The notes: generated from the sequence alone by a model not told the origin. Counted from the first letter of the stretch, positions 51,566 through 62,799 are shown. The stretch: 64,000 bases of DNA from Synechococcus sp. (GCA_047285535.1 JBJBDC010000001.1:2688136-2752135); one strand, 5' to 3'. A program made the numbers and translations.

Positions 51566-53290
51566 TCAGTTTGCCAGCCTCGTCTTTGAATTACTGACGA
51601 ATCCGAGCCCGTTCTGCACTCGAGGAGCGATGCCACGCCCTGTCACGACTGTTGTATTGGCGATCAGCATGGTTGTAGAACTGCCCCCGTCGAGATTGAG
51701 CGCATCAGTCAGCCCGATTTGTTTCAGGGCCAAGCTGGTTTCCAGCAGCGTGGGATCGATGCCATTGGAACCTTTGATTGCGAGAAGCCAGATCCGTTCC
51801 ATGTCTTGAGCGACGACTGTGCGAGGTGCCGAAACAGCAAGGAATCCAGGGCTAAAACCCTCCATGCGGCCATTCAGCACAACCTTGCCATTGCGTAGAA
51901 GTAAGGGGCCTCCTCCCATGACTTGAGGGAGTTCACCCAATGGATTTGAACTGCGAATGTTGATCGTCACTGAATCGCCCACCTGCGCCGGAAGGGCAGT
52001 GTTAGCTCGCGCGACGACCAGGTCTCCTTTCTCTGGAATCGAGACGCCTCGAACCAGGGCGGCTTGGTCATAAACCGCGTCAACACGGCTGTTGTGAATG
52101 CTCAACGCTTGCTCTTCTCCACTGAGTGCGCGGTAGGTCGGACCCCAAGCCCTTGTGTATCGACTGAGCCCACGTTGCACATAGCCGCTATTCAACTGTC
52201 CGAGAGGCCATCGACGTCCTCCATTGACCCTTAATTCCTGGATCAATTGCAGGCGTCCAAACATCAGAGGACCTGAGTTGTCCCACCCGATGGCACCCCT
52301 GTTGAGGATCGGTCCTGAGAGCCACCTGCCATCAAGACGAACAGCGCCCAAAGGCAGTTGGCGAACTCGGTTGAAAAACCCTCCATTAACCGCTACGAGC
52401 GCTTTGGCAGGTTGTGCTAATTGATTGAGATAGCGCAACCCTGGTTGGGCATTGCTGGGAGCAAGGGGCCGTAAAAGTAGGGCTGAGGATTGGCTGCCAA
52501 CGCCTGCTCTGTACAGACGTATTGGCTTGACGCCAATTCGCACAACGCGTTGATCAAGAATGACTCCCTGTTTGATCCAAGATTGAACGTCTTTGTCGAG
52601 TAAGGCTCTATGGAAAGAGTGGCGATGACGTTGCCCCCGCGATGATTGTGTTGGAGTAATGCCATCCAGGACGATCCGCCATGGCTTCTTGAGGGTCAAG
52701 GTTGAAATCCTGACGCCTTGGTTCACCAGACGAAGTCCGCCTGGTTCCTGTCGTGGCTGTAAGCCCAGACTGCGCATTTGCTTTTGCTGAGGAGGCGTCG
52801 CCTGCAATTGCAACAACAGGTCATCGCCGATGCGCTGCATGAATGCGGGGCCAGTGAGGTCTAAAACAAGACGGTTGGCGCTACTCCCTTTGCCCTGTCT
52901 GAGCGCCTGCACTGTGGGCTGAGGGAGCTCGACTGCAAGCTTGTTGTTTGCTCGCTTGAGCTGAACGTCCAGCTCGTTCAACCAGAGCGTTACATCGAGG
53001 GCGATTTCATCACCGAGAGTGCGTCTTTGGAGACCGCTGAGCGGGGATTGAATGCCATACCACTCAAGAAAGTCTTCTCCAAGTACGGATTTTCGTTGAA
53101 AACCCATCTGTCCGACCAATCGATCGAGAGGCAACCAGAGCTGCCTGGGACTGTTGGTTGCTTGGCCTAGCCACAACCATGTGCTTGAGGTGTCGATCCC
53201 CCCAATACTCAGCTGATCTCCTATGAACTGATCAGTTGTGCGGACCTCGGAGATGGTCGGTGGAGGTGGAGGTGGCATTGCAGCATCCAT
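51566..53290 (-). CDS. Phosphodiester glycosidase (NAGPA-domain) family protein
   Basis: AVNGGFF, GGGPLLL, APRT and NLDGGSST motifs; start uncertain. Confidence 0.85.
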   Translation of the reverse strand: MDAAMPPPPPPTISEVRTTDQFIGDQLSIGGIDTSSTWLWLGQATNSPRQLWLPLDRLVGQMGFQRKSVLGEDFLEWYGIQSPLSGLQRRTLGDEIALDVTLWLNELDVQLKRANNKLAVELPQPTVQALRQGKGSSANRLVLDLTGPAFMQRIGDDLLLQLQATPPQQKQMRSLGLQPRQEPGGLRLVNQGVRISTLTLKKPWRIVLDGITPTQSSRGQRHRHSFHRALLDKDVQSWIKQGVILDQRVVRIGVKPIRLYRAGVGSQSSALLLRPLAPSNAQPGLRYLNQLAQPAKALVAVNGGFFNRVRQLPLGAVRLDGRWLSGPILNRGAIGWDNSGPLMFGRLQLIQELRVNGGRRWPLGQLNSGYVQRGLSRYTRAWGPTYRALSGEEQALSIHNSRVDAVYDQAALVRGVSIPEKGDLVVARANTALPAQVGDSVTINIRSSNPLGELPQVMGGGPLLLRNGKVVLNGRMEGFSPGFLAVSAPRTVVAQDMERIWLLAIKGSNGIDPTLLETSLALKQIGLTDALNLDGGSSTTMLIANTTVVTGRGIAPRVQNGLGFVSNSKTRLAN

Positions 53291-53392
53291 GGGTTGACGC
53301 TAGCTGGGATCGGCGAATCCTTAGGATCCAAATCAGCTCCACTAGCGACGGAATGCGAATGCCGTTGCTGTTGCATGTCTCGACTGCAGGTT

Positions 53393-56300
53393 ATGACCCA
53401 ATTCACTGGCTCCGATTGGCCCTACTGCGACAGCAGCGCACCTGCAGAGGTTGCCGGCGAGAAGGATGCATGTGGTGTGGGTTTTCTTGCCCAGCTTCAA
53501 GGCGAGCGCAGTCATTGGATTTTGCAGCAAGCCCTGCGCGGTTTGGGTTGTATGGAGCACCGCGGTGGCTGTGGTGGCGATGGTGATTCCGGCGATGGAG
53601 CTGGAATTCTGTGTGACATTCCCTGGGATTATTTAAAAGCGGTTTGGCCTGAGGCCACTGAGGCCAATGGTCTTGGCATGATATTTCTCCCAAGAGACTC
53701 AACCCGCCGTGCAGAAGCTCATCGATTCTGCGATGAGGCGGCGGAATCTCTTGGCTTGACTTCTGCAGGCTGGCGTGATGTCCCTGTTGATCCTGAGGTA
53801 CTGGGTCCACTGGCACGGGAGACCTCACCAGTCATTGAACAGTGGCTAATCCGTGGGTCTGTTGATGGTGATGCCTTGGAAGCATTGCTGTTACGCCTAA
53901 GACGTCGTATTGGGGCACGAATAAGACATGAATTTGGTGCCGAGGGCGCTCGGGATTTTTATGTGGCGTCACTGAGTGGTCGAACTGTTGTTTACAAGGG
54001 CATGGTCCGATCCGAAGTTCTCGCCCACTTCTACGCCGATCTGCGTGATCCTCGATTTGCCGTGAGTTTTGCGGTATATCACCGCCGTTTTAGTACGAAT
54101 ACCCTTCCTCGTTGGCCATTGGCTCAGCCGATGCGGTTGTTGGGTCACAACGGAGAGATCAACACCCTGCTAGGCAACCTCAACTGGGCCAAAGCATCAG
54201 AAGCTGATCTTGAAAATGTTTGGGGTGAAGTTGCAAGCGACTTGATCCCTGTCGTGAATTCCAATTTCAGTGATTCGGCGAATCTCGATGCCACTCTCGA
54301 GCTGATGGTACGCAGTGGGCGCTCGATCACCGACAGCTTGATCACTTTGGTGCCTGAAGCATTCCGAAATCAGCCTGATCTTGATTGTCGTCCTGATGTA
54401 ACGGCGATGTACGAATTTAATGCCGGGACTCAAGAGCCTTGGGACGGCCCAGCGCTGTTGGTGTTTGCTGATGGGAAGCGTGTGGGTGCGACCTTGGATC
54501 GAAATGGGCTTCGACCAGCACGGTGGTGCACCACTGCTGATGGATTCGTCATCATGGGATCCGAGACAGGTGTGGTGGATCTCACAGGAAAAACTGTTGT
54601 CGAAAAAGGACGCTTAGGTCCAGGTCAAATGGTGGCCGTCGACCTTGAACGAGGTGAATTGTTGAACAATTGGGCGGTTAAGGAAGATGCAGCCCAACGT
54701 TTTCCTTATGCCCACTGGTTAGAGCAGCATCGCCGCTCGCTTTCGGCTCAGCCTTGGACTCAGAACTGCCAAATCAGCGAGCTTGATTTGCTGCGCTTGC
54801 AGACCGCTATGGGGTTCACGGCTGAAGATCTAGATCTCGTGATTGAGGATATGGCAGGTCTTGGCAAGGAGCCCACCTATTGCATGGGCGATGACATTCC
54901 ATTGGCTGTGCTCTCATCCAAGCCCCACCTTCTTTACGACTATTTCAAGCAGCGCTTCGCTCAAGTCACTAATCCGCCGATTGATCCGCTCCGCGAAAAG
55001 TTGGTGATGAGTCTGGAGATGCACTTAGGGCAGAGGCGAGCTGCGCTGAAACCTCACGCAGAGGCTGCGGCCTTAATTCATCTTGATAGTCCAGTGCTCA
55101 ATGAGTCTGAGCTCACAGCTTTGACTGATCGAGGCCTAACGGTTCGATTTCTCTCGACTCAGGTTTCTCTGGAAGCCTGTGCAGCTGGTCTGCAATCAGC
55201 AGTTGATTCCCTGAGCTCGAGAGCGGAACAGGCTGTCCAAGATGGTGCTCAAATTCTCGTGCTTTCAGACCGAGTGAATGCTGATGAACAGCCACAGGAA
55301 CTAACGGCTACCACAGTTGCTATGCCGGCTCTGCTCGCGGTTGGAGCTGTGCATCACCACTTATTGAGACACAAACTCAGGCTCCGGTGCTCGTTGGTGG
55401 CCGATACGGCTCAGTGCTGGAGTACGCATCACATGGCTTGCCTGATTGGCTATGGAGCTAGTGCTGTGTGCCCATGGCTGACCTGGGAGACCACTCGCCA
55501 CTGGCTGACGCATCCAAAAACGCAAAAGCGGATTGAGCAGGGCAAATTGCAACCCTTAGATCCTGACAAAGCCCAGGAAAATGTCCGACTTTCCCTCGAA
55601 AATGGTCTGCGAAAGATTCTCTCGAAAATAGGTATTTCCCTTTTGGCTAGTTACCACGGGGCTCAAATTTTTGAGGCCATAGGCCTTGGAGCCGATGTGA
55701 TTGAGAAGGCTTTTACGGGGACCACAAGTCGGGTTGCTGGCATGACTCTTCAAGAGCTTGCCAATGAGACACTGTCGCTTCATGCAAAGGCTTTCCCTGA
55801 GCTCAATCGCAGCAAGCTTGAATTCATGGGTTTTGTGCAATATCGCACTGGTGGTGAATATCACCTCAACAGCCCAGAGATGTCCAAGACTCTTCATCGT
55901 GCCGTGAAGGCTGGGCCTGAATACGACCACTTCTCCACCTATCGAACGCTGCTGGAAAACCGACCGGTGACGGCCCTTCGGGATTTGCTTGAGTTCAAGC
56001 TGGCCCCTACTCCTTTGCCACTGGATCAAGTGGAGAGTGCAGAGAGCATCTGCACCCGTTTCTGTACGGGTGGCATGAGTCTTGGCGCTCTCTCCAGGGA
56101 GGCCCATGAAGTCTTGGCTGTTGCGATGAACCGTATTGGCGGGAAGAGCAATAGCGGAGAGGGTGGCGAAGACCCCGCCCGTTTTCAGGTTCTCAATGAT
56201 GTGGATGGAGACGGCCGATCAGCGTCATTCCCCAGCATCGGTGGACTGCGTAATGGTGACACCGCGTGTTCAGCGATCAAGCAGATTGCTTCGGGCAGGT

Positions 56301-57991
56301 TCGGAGTCACAGCGGAATATTTGCGCAGCGGCAAGCAACTTGAAATCAAGGTTGCCCAGGGGGCCAAGCCTGGTGAAGGTGGACAATTGCCCGGGCCAAA
56401 GGTGGATGACTACATCGCTGGTTTGCGTAATAGCAAAGCAGGAGTGGCGCTGATCTCACCTCCGCCGCATCACGACATCTATTCGATTGAGGACCTTGCC
56501 CAACTGATCCATGATCTGCACCAGGTGCACCCCAAAGCCCCTGTCAGTGTCAAGTTGGTGGCTGAGATCGGCATCGGCACGATCGCGGCTGGTGTGGCGA
56601 AGGCCAATGCCGATGTGATTCAGATTTCTGGCCATGATGGTGGTACGGGTGCCTCCCCACTCAGTTCGATTAAGCACGCCGGTAGTCCCTGGGAGCTGGG
56701 CCTGACGGAAGTCCATCGGTCTCTCTTGGAGAACGGTTTGCGGGATCGCGTTTTGCTGCGTGCTGATGGTGGTCTTAAGACTGGTTGGGATGTGGTTATC
56801 GCTGCCCTTCTCGGCGCTGAAGAGTATGGATTTGGTTCTATTGCGATGATCGCTGAGGGCTGCATCATGGCTCGCGTTTGTCATACCAATAACTGCCCTG
56901 TGGGTGTGGCCACTCAGAAAGAGGCTCTAAGGAAGCGCTTTACAGGTGTTCCCGAACACGTGGTGAATTTCTTCTGGTACGTGGCCGAAGAGGTTCGTCA
57001 ATTGATGAGTCTTCTAGGAGTCAGTCGTCTTGAGGATCTGATTGGTCGCTGCGATCTGCTCCAGCCTCGTTCCGTAGAGCTTGCCAAAACAAAGTGCGTT
57101 GATCTCTCCAATTTGTTAGCTCCAGCTGGCGATGCTAACGATCGTTCCTGGCTGCTCCACAGTCCAAAACCTCATGGCAATGGTCCGATTCTTGAAGATC
57201 ATCTTTTGGCAGATGCCGAAGTGATGCAGGCGCTGGAGAACCATGGCTCGCTCAGGCGCAGCATGGACATCGTTAACACCGATCGCAGTGTTGGTGCTCG
57301 ACTGGCAGGTGAAATCGCTCAGCGTCACGGAAATCGTGGCTTTGAAGGTCAGTTGAACCTTCAATTCCGGGGTGCTGCCGGCCAAAGTTTTGCAGCATTT
57401 CTCGTCCAAGGGATGACGGTTCGCTTGGAAGGGGAGGCCAATGACTATGTCGGGAAAGGGATGAACAGTGGTCGTATCACTCTTGTGCCTAGTGATGATG
57501 TCCAAAATCCAGGGGATCAGGTGATCCTTGGTAATACCTGCCTCTATGGAGCCACTGGCGGTGAGCTTTTTGCTCTTGGTCGTGCTGGCGAACGTTTTGG
57601 TGTTCGAAACAGCGGTGCCCGTGCTGTGGTCGAGGGTGCAGGAGATCACTGCTGCGAGTACATGACCGGAGGAGTGATTGTGGTACTGGGAGGAACCGGG
57701 CGCAATGTGGGTGCTGGCATGACTGGCGGTGTCGCGTTCTTATTGGATGAATCTGGTGGTGTGCGTCCCCGCGTCAATGCTGAAATCGTTGAGGTTCTCA
57801 GCATCACCACCCCGCAACAAGAGTCTTTGTTGCAATCACTTTTAGAGACTCATGTGAGCACCACTGCCAGTGCCAAGGCCAAGGCTTTGTTGTCGGATTG
57901 GACTAATTCAAAGTCTTCTTTCAAGGTTTTGGTTCCCCCCAGTGAGCGAGCAGCGATGGGGCTTGTCCAGCGCGCTGCCGTGACGGCCTAA
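53393..57991 (+). CDS. glsF: Ferredoxin-dependent glutamate synthase (Fd-GOGAT)
   Basis: DACGVG catalytic Cys, HRRFSTNT, KQIASGRFGV, QGAKPGEGGQL and 3Fe-4S motif C..ARVCHTNNCP; likely start MTQFTG. Confidence 0.97.
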   Translation: MTQFTGSDWPYCDSSAPAEVAGEKDACGVGFLAQLQGERSHWILQQALRGLGCMEHRGGCGGDGDSGDGAGILCDIPWDYLKAVWPEATEANGLGMIFLPRDSTRRAEAHRFCDEAAESLGLTSAGWRDVPVDPEVLGPLARETSPVIEQWLIRGSVDGDALEALLLRLRRRIGARIRHEFGAEGARDFYVASLSGRTVVYKGMVRSEVLAHFYADLRDPRFAVSFAVYHRRFSTNTLPRWPLAQPMRLLGHNGEINTLLGNLNWAKASEADLENVWGEVASDLIPVVNSNFSDSANLDATLELMVRSGRSITDSLITLVPEAFRNQPDLDCRPDVTAMYEFNAGTQEPWDGPALLVFADGKRVGATLDRNGLRPARWCTTADGFVIMGSETGVVDLTGKTVVEKGRLGPGQMVAVDLERGELLNNWAVKEDAAQRFPYAHWLEQHRRSLSAQPWTQNCQISELDLLRLQTAMGFTAEDLDLVIEDMAGLGKEPTYCMGDDIPLAVLSSKPHLLYDYFKQRFAQVTNPPIDPLREKLVMSLEMHLGQRRAALKPHAEAAALIHLDSPVLNESELTALTDRGLTVRFLSTQVSLEACAAGLQSAVDSLSSRAEQAVQDGAQILVLSDRVNADEQPQELTATTVAMPALLAVGAVHHHLLRHKLRLRCSLVADTAQCWSTHHMACLIGYGASAVCPWLTWETTRHWLTHPKTQKRIEQGKLQPLDPDKAQENVRLSLENGLRKILSKIGISLLASYHGAQIFEAIGLGADVIEKAFTGTTSRVAGMTLQELANETLSLHAKAFPELNRSKLEFMGFVQYRTGGEYHLNSPEMSKTLHRAVKAGPEYDHFSTYRTLLENRPVTALRDLLEFKLAPTPLPLDQVESAESICTRFCTGGMSLGALSREAHEVLAVAMNRIGGKSNSGEGGEDPARFQVLNDVDGDGRSASFPSIGGLRNGDTACSAIKQIASGRFGVTAEYLRSGKQLEIKVAQGAKPGEGGQLPGPKVDDYIAGLRNSKAGVALISPPPHHDIYSIEDLAQLIHDLHQVHPKAPVSVKLVAEIGIGTIAAGVAKANADVIQISGHDGGTGASPLSSIKHAGSPWELGLTEVHRSLLENGLRDRVLLRADGGLKTGWDVVIAALLGAEEYGFGSIAMIAEGCIMARVCHTNNCPVGVATQKEALRKRFTGVPEHVVNFFWYVAEEVRQLMSLLGVSRLEDLIGRCDLLQPRSVELAKTKCVDLSNLLAPAGDANDRSWLLHSPKPHGNGPILEDHLLADAEVMQALENHGSLRRSMDIVNTDRSVGARLAGEIAQRHGNRGFEGQLNLQFRGAAGQSFAAFLVQGMTVRLEGEANDYVGKGMNSGRITLVPSDDVQNPGDQVILGNTCLYGATGGELFALGRAGERFGVRNSGARAVVEGAGDHCCEYMTGGVIVVLGGTGRNVGAGMTGGVAFLLDESGGVRPRVNAEIVEVLSITTPQQESLLQSLLETHVSTTASAKAKALLSDWTNSKSSFKVLVPPSERAAMGLVQRAAVTA

Positions 57992-58003
57992 TGATCAAGA
58001 TTC

Positions 58004-58312
58004 ATGGCTTGGTTTGTTAAGCAGGAAACCTTCACAGCAGCAATGACATCACTGTCCGCAGAGGATCGTCGAAGTCATTGTTATGACCATCGCTGTTGGG
58101 TTGAAGCACAGCGGAACTCAGGGGTTGCCATGGCGAGTGGCTTTCTCGTGGATGATCAACACAATCCTGGAGGCGGAGGATTATTGGTCTTTGAGGCCTC
58201 AAGCTACGAGTCGGCAGAAGCGCTGATCCGTGACGACCCGATGATTTCAAGGAACTTGGTCACCTGGACGTTGCATGAATGGAAGCCTGTGATTGGAAGT
58301 CTTTTGGCTTAG
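58004..58312 (+). CDS. YciI family protein
   Basis: H..WV, SGFL.D....PGGGGLL and DPM motifs. Confidence 0.85.
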   Translation: MAWFVKQETFTAAMTSLSAEDRRSHCYDHRCWVEAQRNSGVAMASGFLVDDQHNPGGGGLLVFEASSYESAEALIRDDPMISRNLVTWTLHEWKPVIGSLLA

Positions 58313-58340
58313 TTCATGGGTTGGTATTTTGTGTCAAATT

Positions 58341-59219
58341 TCAGCGTGGGTGATTGGCCATCAAGCGCTGAACCTCTGCTGCGTGATAACTACTTCTCGT
58401 GAGAGGTGTGCTCACTACTTGTAAAAATCCCAGTTCATTTTCACCGTGATCTCGGTAGGTTTCAAATTCCCCTGGGGTTACAAACCGGTCAACGGCCAAA
58501 TGCTTTGGACCTGGAGATAGGTACTGCCCGATGGTGACAATATCAACATCGTGGTGTCGCAAATCGGCCAAAGTCATCTTGACCTCTTCGTTGGTTTCGC
58601 CTAGGCCAACCATGAGGCCAGATTTGCTGTACGACCTTGGCCAACTCTTGCGTACGCGTTGGAGTAGTTCCAACGATCGTTCGTAGATCCCTTGCGGTCG
58701 AGCGCGGGGATAGAGGCGCGGCACGGTCTCAATGTTGTGGTTCAGCACATCGGGTGCGGCATTCATCACGGTTGCCAGGGCATCCCAGTTGCCACAAAAG
58801 TCTGGGATGAGCAATTCAATGGTGGTTTGCGGCGATCGCTCACGCACGTTCTGGATGCAGGAGACAAATTGAGAAGCACCTCCGTCTGCAAGGTCATCAC
58901 GGTTAACTGAAGTGATGACGACATGCCTTAGTCCAAGTCGGGTGACTGCTTCCCCAAGGCGCATGGGCTCCGTTGGGTCAAGTGTTCGAACGCTTTTATC
59001 AAAATCAATATCGCAGTAGGGACAGGCACGCGTGCAGCCTGGACCCATGATGAGGAAAGTAGCGGTCCCTCCAGCAAAGCATTCGCCAATATTGGGGCAA
59101 CTTGCTTCTTGGCAAACTGTGTTCAGCTTGAGGTCCAGAAGCAAGTCGGCCACCTCTCCAATGCGTTCACGCTGGGGGGCTTTGACGCGCAACCATGCAG
59201 GTTTCTGAAGTGACGCCAT
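58341..59219 (-). CDS. lipA: Lipoyl synthase
   Basis: [12 protein letters not shown] (CX4CX5C), CTRACPYC and RSSYHA motifs. Confidence 0.97.
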   Translation of the reverse strand: MASLQKPAWLRVKAPQRERIGEVADLLLDLKLNTVCQEASCPNIGECFAGGTATFLIMGPGCTRACPYCDIDFDKSVRTLDPTEPMRLGEAVTRLGLRHVVITSVNRDDLADGGASQFVSCIQNVRERSPQTTIELLIPDFCGNWDALATVMNAAPDVLNHNIETVPRLYPRARPQGIYERSLELLQRVRKSWPRSYSKSGLMVGLGETNEEVKMTLADLRHHDVDIVTIGQYLSPGPKHLAVDRFVTPGEFETYRDHGENELGFLQVVSTPLTRSSYHAAEVQRLMANHPR

Positions 59220-59237
59220 CTTCTAAAGTCGCCTCAT

Positions 59238-59311
59238 CGGGATGTAGCGCAGCTTGGTAGCGCACTTCGTTCGGGACGAAGGGGCCGCAGGTTCGAATCC
59301 TGTCATCCCGA
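59238..59311 (+). tRNA. trnP: tRNA-Pro (anticodon CGG)
   Basis: Acceptor CGGGATG/CATCCCG plus A; anticodon arm CTTCG-TTCGGGA-CGAAG; GGTTCGAATCC T-arm. Confidence 0.97.
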
Positions 59312-59326
59312 CTCTATGAGTGGCTT

Positions 59327-61207
59327 TCAATTCAGCTCTGCTCCTGGATAGCCCCGTGGAGTCACCATTCGGCCCCCGTCCATCCTGCTGCTGCTGTTGC
59401 CGATGACCAGAACGGTGAGCATGTCAACAGTCTCTACTGGCAGGTTGTCGAGTCGATGAAATGAGACTTGTTCTTCGATTCGACCCAATTGCCTCGCGAT
59501 CACAACAGGCGTGGTGGGAGGGCGTTCAGTGAGCAGAATTTCTTTGGCACGTTGCAGCTGCCAATCGCGACCCTGAGAGCGAGGGTTGTAGAGCGCAACA
59601 ACGAAATCGCCTGCTGCAGCCGCTGCTAATCGTCGTTCAATGACTTCCCAAGGCGTTAGTCGATCGCTAAGGCTGACGGTGCAGAAGTCATGCATTAGAG
59701 GTGCACCAGCCTTGGCTGCTGCTAGCTGTAATGCGGAGATTCCTGGATGCACCGTAAAACGAGGCCGCTCGTGTTCCGGTAGATCCAGCCACAGCTCAAG
59801 AGCAAGCCCAGCCATCCCATAGATCCCGCTGTCTCCAGACGAAATCAATGCCACGCGAACACCTTGGCGAGCAAGGCTCAAAGCTTGCTGGCAGCGGTCT
59901 CTTTCCATGGTGAGTTGCCCATCCAAGCGAATTTGATCTGGACGTCGCAGTGGTTCCAGTAAATCGAGATAAAGCCCGTATCCAACCCAGGCAGGGCAAC
60001 GCTCCAGGGCGCTTCGGGCTTCCGGGGTGAGGAGTTCAAGGTTGCCCGGCCCACTGCCGATCAGGTGTAATTCACCGCGCTGGGGTGCGAAAGCCTCCAT
60101 GCTTGCGGCAATGGCCACAGTGACGGCGCCATGTTCGTTGCTTGCTGCGTGGGTAATCCGTTTGTGCAGCTTGAGATGCCCTTGGTGTCCTGCACTCAGT
60201 AGGGCAGCTGCTTCTGCAACAGAACCGGTTCCCATTTCTGCAGCCACAACCTTCGAAGGGGTTGGCACTGTCACTCCATCGAGGGCTTTGGCTGTATGAA
60301 ATTGGAGGGGCCAACCATGAAGGTCTGCGAGTTCTTGTAGGGCCTGTTCATCGCTCTTGCGGTCGATGCTGCTGATGCCGGCAACGGCGGCCTCGGCTAA
60401 TCCTGCTTCCTTTAGCGCACTCGCCACTGCGCGTTGGATCAGGTTCAGGCTTGTGTCGCGTTCGCAACCTATTCCAAGCCATAGCAGTGGTGGGTGCCAT
60501 GAACAGGCACCGGCATTTGTAATGCAGGTGCTGATTTCTAAAGTCGGCGGGGTGTGTTCTGACTCGACATCGCTCTGCTGATGCAGGCTGGCATGAGCAG
60601 CCAAGCTGCCTTGCCAGAGCTTGCTTCCTTCTTTCTGAATGAGATGGGTTGGTTCTCCTCGTGCTTGGGCAATCATGAGTTGCTTCCAGTCGGCGATTCT
60701 TCCACCCCGTTGCCATCCCCAAGCATCGCCAAAACCATCGGTTGCAAGTCGGCCTGAAACAGCACAGTCCCCGCTCACAACGGCTTCCCCTCCAATCAAA
60801 GCCGCGACTTCTCGGCTCAATTGTTCGGCATCCGCCTGGTGGCCTCCAAGCAATGGGATCACCCTTTTCCCTGCTGCATCGAGCACCAGCACTGCGGGGT
60901 CTGTTGCTTTGTCGCCTATCAGTGGAGCAATCAACCGGGTTGCTGCGCCTGTAGCCCCGATCACCATGAGCAGGCCTCCGTGTTGCCAGTGCTGCTTTAG
61001 CAACACTGCAGCTGAGCTCACCAGACACGTTTCGCCTGAATCAGGAATGGCGCTGGCGGCACTTGGAGTGAGCGCGAGTTGATCAGCAAGGCCGGATTGC
61101 TTCAGCCTTTTCAGCAAAGGCCATGCCCTTGAGGAAAGCCCTAGGGCCAATCGCCGGGCAGCGGCTGGAGGAGACGATTCGTTCAGGACAGGAGTTCCGA
61201 ATGTCAA
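59327..61207 (-). CDS. cobJ: Fused CbiG / precorrin-3B C17-methyltransferase
   Basis: CbiG motifs (K..DPAV, LLGGH, GIGC, SVAEAAAL) followed by IGSGPG, SSGDSGIYGM, SLSDRLTPW and TPRGY. Confidence 0.93.
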   Translation of the reverse strand: MTFGTPVLNESSPPAAARRLALGLSSRAWPLLKRLKQSGLADQLALTPSAASAIPDSGETCLVSSAAVLLKQHWQHGGLLMVIGATGAATRLIAPLIGDKATDPAVLVLDAAGKRVIPLLGGHQADAEQLSREVAALIGGEAVVSGDCAVSGRLATDGFGDAWGWQRGGRIADWKQLMIAQARGEPTHLIQKEGSKLWQGSLAAHASLHQQSDVESEHTPPTLEISTCITNAGACSWHPPLLWLGIGCERDTSLNLIQRAVASALKEAGLAEAAVAGISSIDRKSDEQALQELADLHGWPLQFHTAKALDGVTVPTPSKVVAAEMGTGSVAEAAALLSAGHQGHLKLHKRITHAASNEHGAVTVAIAASMEAFAPQRGELHLIGSGPGNLELLTPEARSALERCPAWVGYGLYLDLLEPLRRPDQIRLDGQLTMERDRCQQALSLARQGVRVALISSGDSGIYGMAGLALELWLDLPEHERPRFTVHPGISALQLAAAKAGAPLMHDFCTVSLSDRLTPWEVIERRLAAAAAGDFVVALYNPRSQGRDWQLQRAKEILLTERPPTTPVVIARQLGRIEEQVSFHRLDNLPVETVDMLTVLVIGNSSSRMDGGRMVTPRGYPGAELN

Positions 61208-62625
61208 CGCTGGGTGCCATTGGCATTCAATAGCTCCCTGGCTGATCCTCCCAGGGTGCTGGTTGGAGAGATTCTTTCCTGTTCCATGTCCATTCTGATC
61301 TGCGGTTCCTTGGCTGTGGAACCTGGTTCAGGATTGGGGGTCTCGATGGATTCAGGTGGGAGTTCCGATGGAGTGTTTGTTGTTGAATCAGGCTCTTCTT
61401 TGATGTTGATTGCCTCATCGGGCACTGCCTCATCGGGCACTGCCTCATCGAGCCCTGTCTTTTTGGTCATTGCCGTATCACTCGCTGTTTCCTTTTTGAC
61501 AGCCTTCAAATTCAAAGATTTTTCGCCTGCCGCCCCTTCTTCAAAGCCTTCCTCTTGAGCACTGAGCTGTTCTGTGAGATCGAGTGTTGAGGAGGGTTGT
61601 GGGGGAGGTGACATGTTGGGTTGTGTTTGGTTCTGATGGTCTGGTTTGGCTTCACCCAGCAAACGGGCCATTTCAGTGTCAGTCAGATTTGGTTTCAACC
61701 AGACGGCTTTTGAACTCTTTCGCTCAGGCAGTGCCCTTAATTGATTGTTGAAACTGGGGTCGATCGACTCCCCGATTCCATTCAGCAATTCCATCTGCAC
61801 AGTGTTGTCACCTTGGTGGTTGTTGATTCCCTCCAACCAGAGCGCATCTTGCTGATCAACTACAAAACTGCTGTCGTTAACGGTGATTCTTAGGCGCCAG
61901 CGAGCATCTCCATCTCTGAGATTTTGAAGCGGAGCGTTCCATACCAGCCAGTCCAGCAGGAGAGGATCCTTATCCCCAAGCTCAGCTGGACTCACCATGG
62001 CCAGCCATGGGGCACCAGGATCTGGTTGAGTACCCATTAAGGGCCTGAACTGATGCAGTCGCCAATTCAAGCTGGCACCAGGAGCCTTGACGGATTCGCC
62101 CCAGGGATAAGCGGCATAGGCCGTGAAGCGGTGGCTACCAGCAGGCAGAGAGGGGAGTTGCAGCGTTAAGCGGTTCCCATTCCCTTCGCTAATACGTATG
62201 GGTTCTCGATCATCAATTTGAATGGCTACGTGGGCACCAAGTCCGAGTTCTGAATCATTGGCCAAGGGCCAGTCTTCGATCATTAACTCGAGATTGATTG
62301 GGCCTCCCTTGAGTTGGCTCCCATCCTTTGGTCCGATAAGCGATAAGTGCGGATGATGGGTGGCTAAGGCCTGACGAAGTTGCTGAACGGCACCTGGTGG
62401 TTCGACTTCTTTAAGGCGACCCGATGGGTTTTGAGTAGGGAGAGTTGCGCGGTGATTAAAAGCAGATCCGGATTGGATCGGATTGCCCCAGGGCATGAAC
62501 GACATGGCCAGCACAGGATGCCCAAGGCCGAATAGAAGAATCAGCATGACCAGTGCTGCAAACCATCGCAGGCTGCGGTGTCGCCGACCCGATAGATCCA
62601 TGAAGAAAGGATGGTGTACTGCCAT
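61204..62625 (-). CDS. Conserved hypothetical exported protein with acidic Pro-rich C-terminal tail
   Basis: Signal/TM segment near the N-terminus; G.H..AYAAYPWGESVK and WNAPLQ segments; low-complexity tail with DEAVP repeats. Confidence 0.75.
   Translation of the reverse strand: MAVHHPFFMDLSGRRHRSLRWFAALVMLILLFGLGHPVLAMSFMPWGNPIQSGSAFNHRATLPTQNPSGRLKEVEPPGAVQQLRQALATHHPHLSLIGPKDGSQLKGGPINLELMIEDWPLANDSELGLGAHVAIQIDDREPIRISEGNGNRLTLQLPSLPAGSHRFTAYAAYPWGESVKAPGASLNWRLHQFRPLMGTQPDPGAPWLAMVSPAELGDKDPLLLDWLVWNAPLQNLRDGDARWRLRITVNDSSFVVDQQDALWLEGINNHQGDNTVQMELLNGIGESIDPSFNNQLRALPERKSSKAVWLKPNLTDTEMARLLGEAKPDHQNQTQPNMSPPPQPSSTLDLTEQLSAQEEGFEEGAAGEKSLNLKAVKKETASDTAMTKKTGLDEAVPDEAVPDEAINIKEEPDSTTNTPSELPPESIETPNPEPGSTAKEPQIRMDMEQERISPTSTLGGSARELLNANGTQR
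61411..61450. repeat. 15-bp tandem repeat, about 2.7 copies (encodes DEAVP)
   Basis: TGCCTCATCGGGCAC twice, then TGCCTCATCG. Confidence 0.9.
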
Positions 62626-62799
62626 TCTGAATGGCTCTACTTCTCAGGTCCAGGGTGTTAACTGAGTATTATTTAGCGAAATGAAATAAGAGGATTGTTG
62701 ATAGTTTTACGCGTTTATTGGGGGGGTCCCGCTGACACAAGCTGCAACCAGACCCTAGTTGCAGACTGGTCCGCTGCCGGATTGAACCTTTGTAACTCG

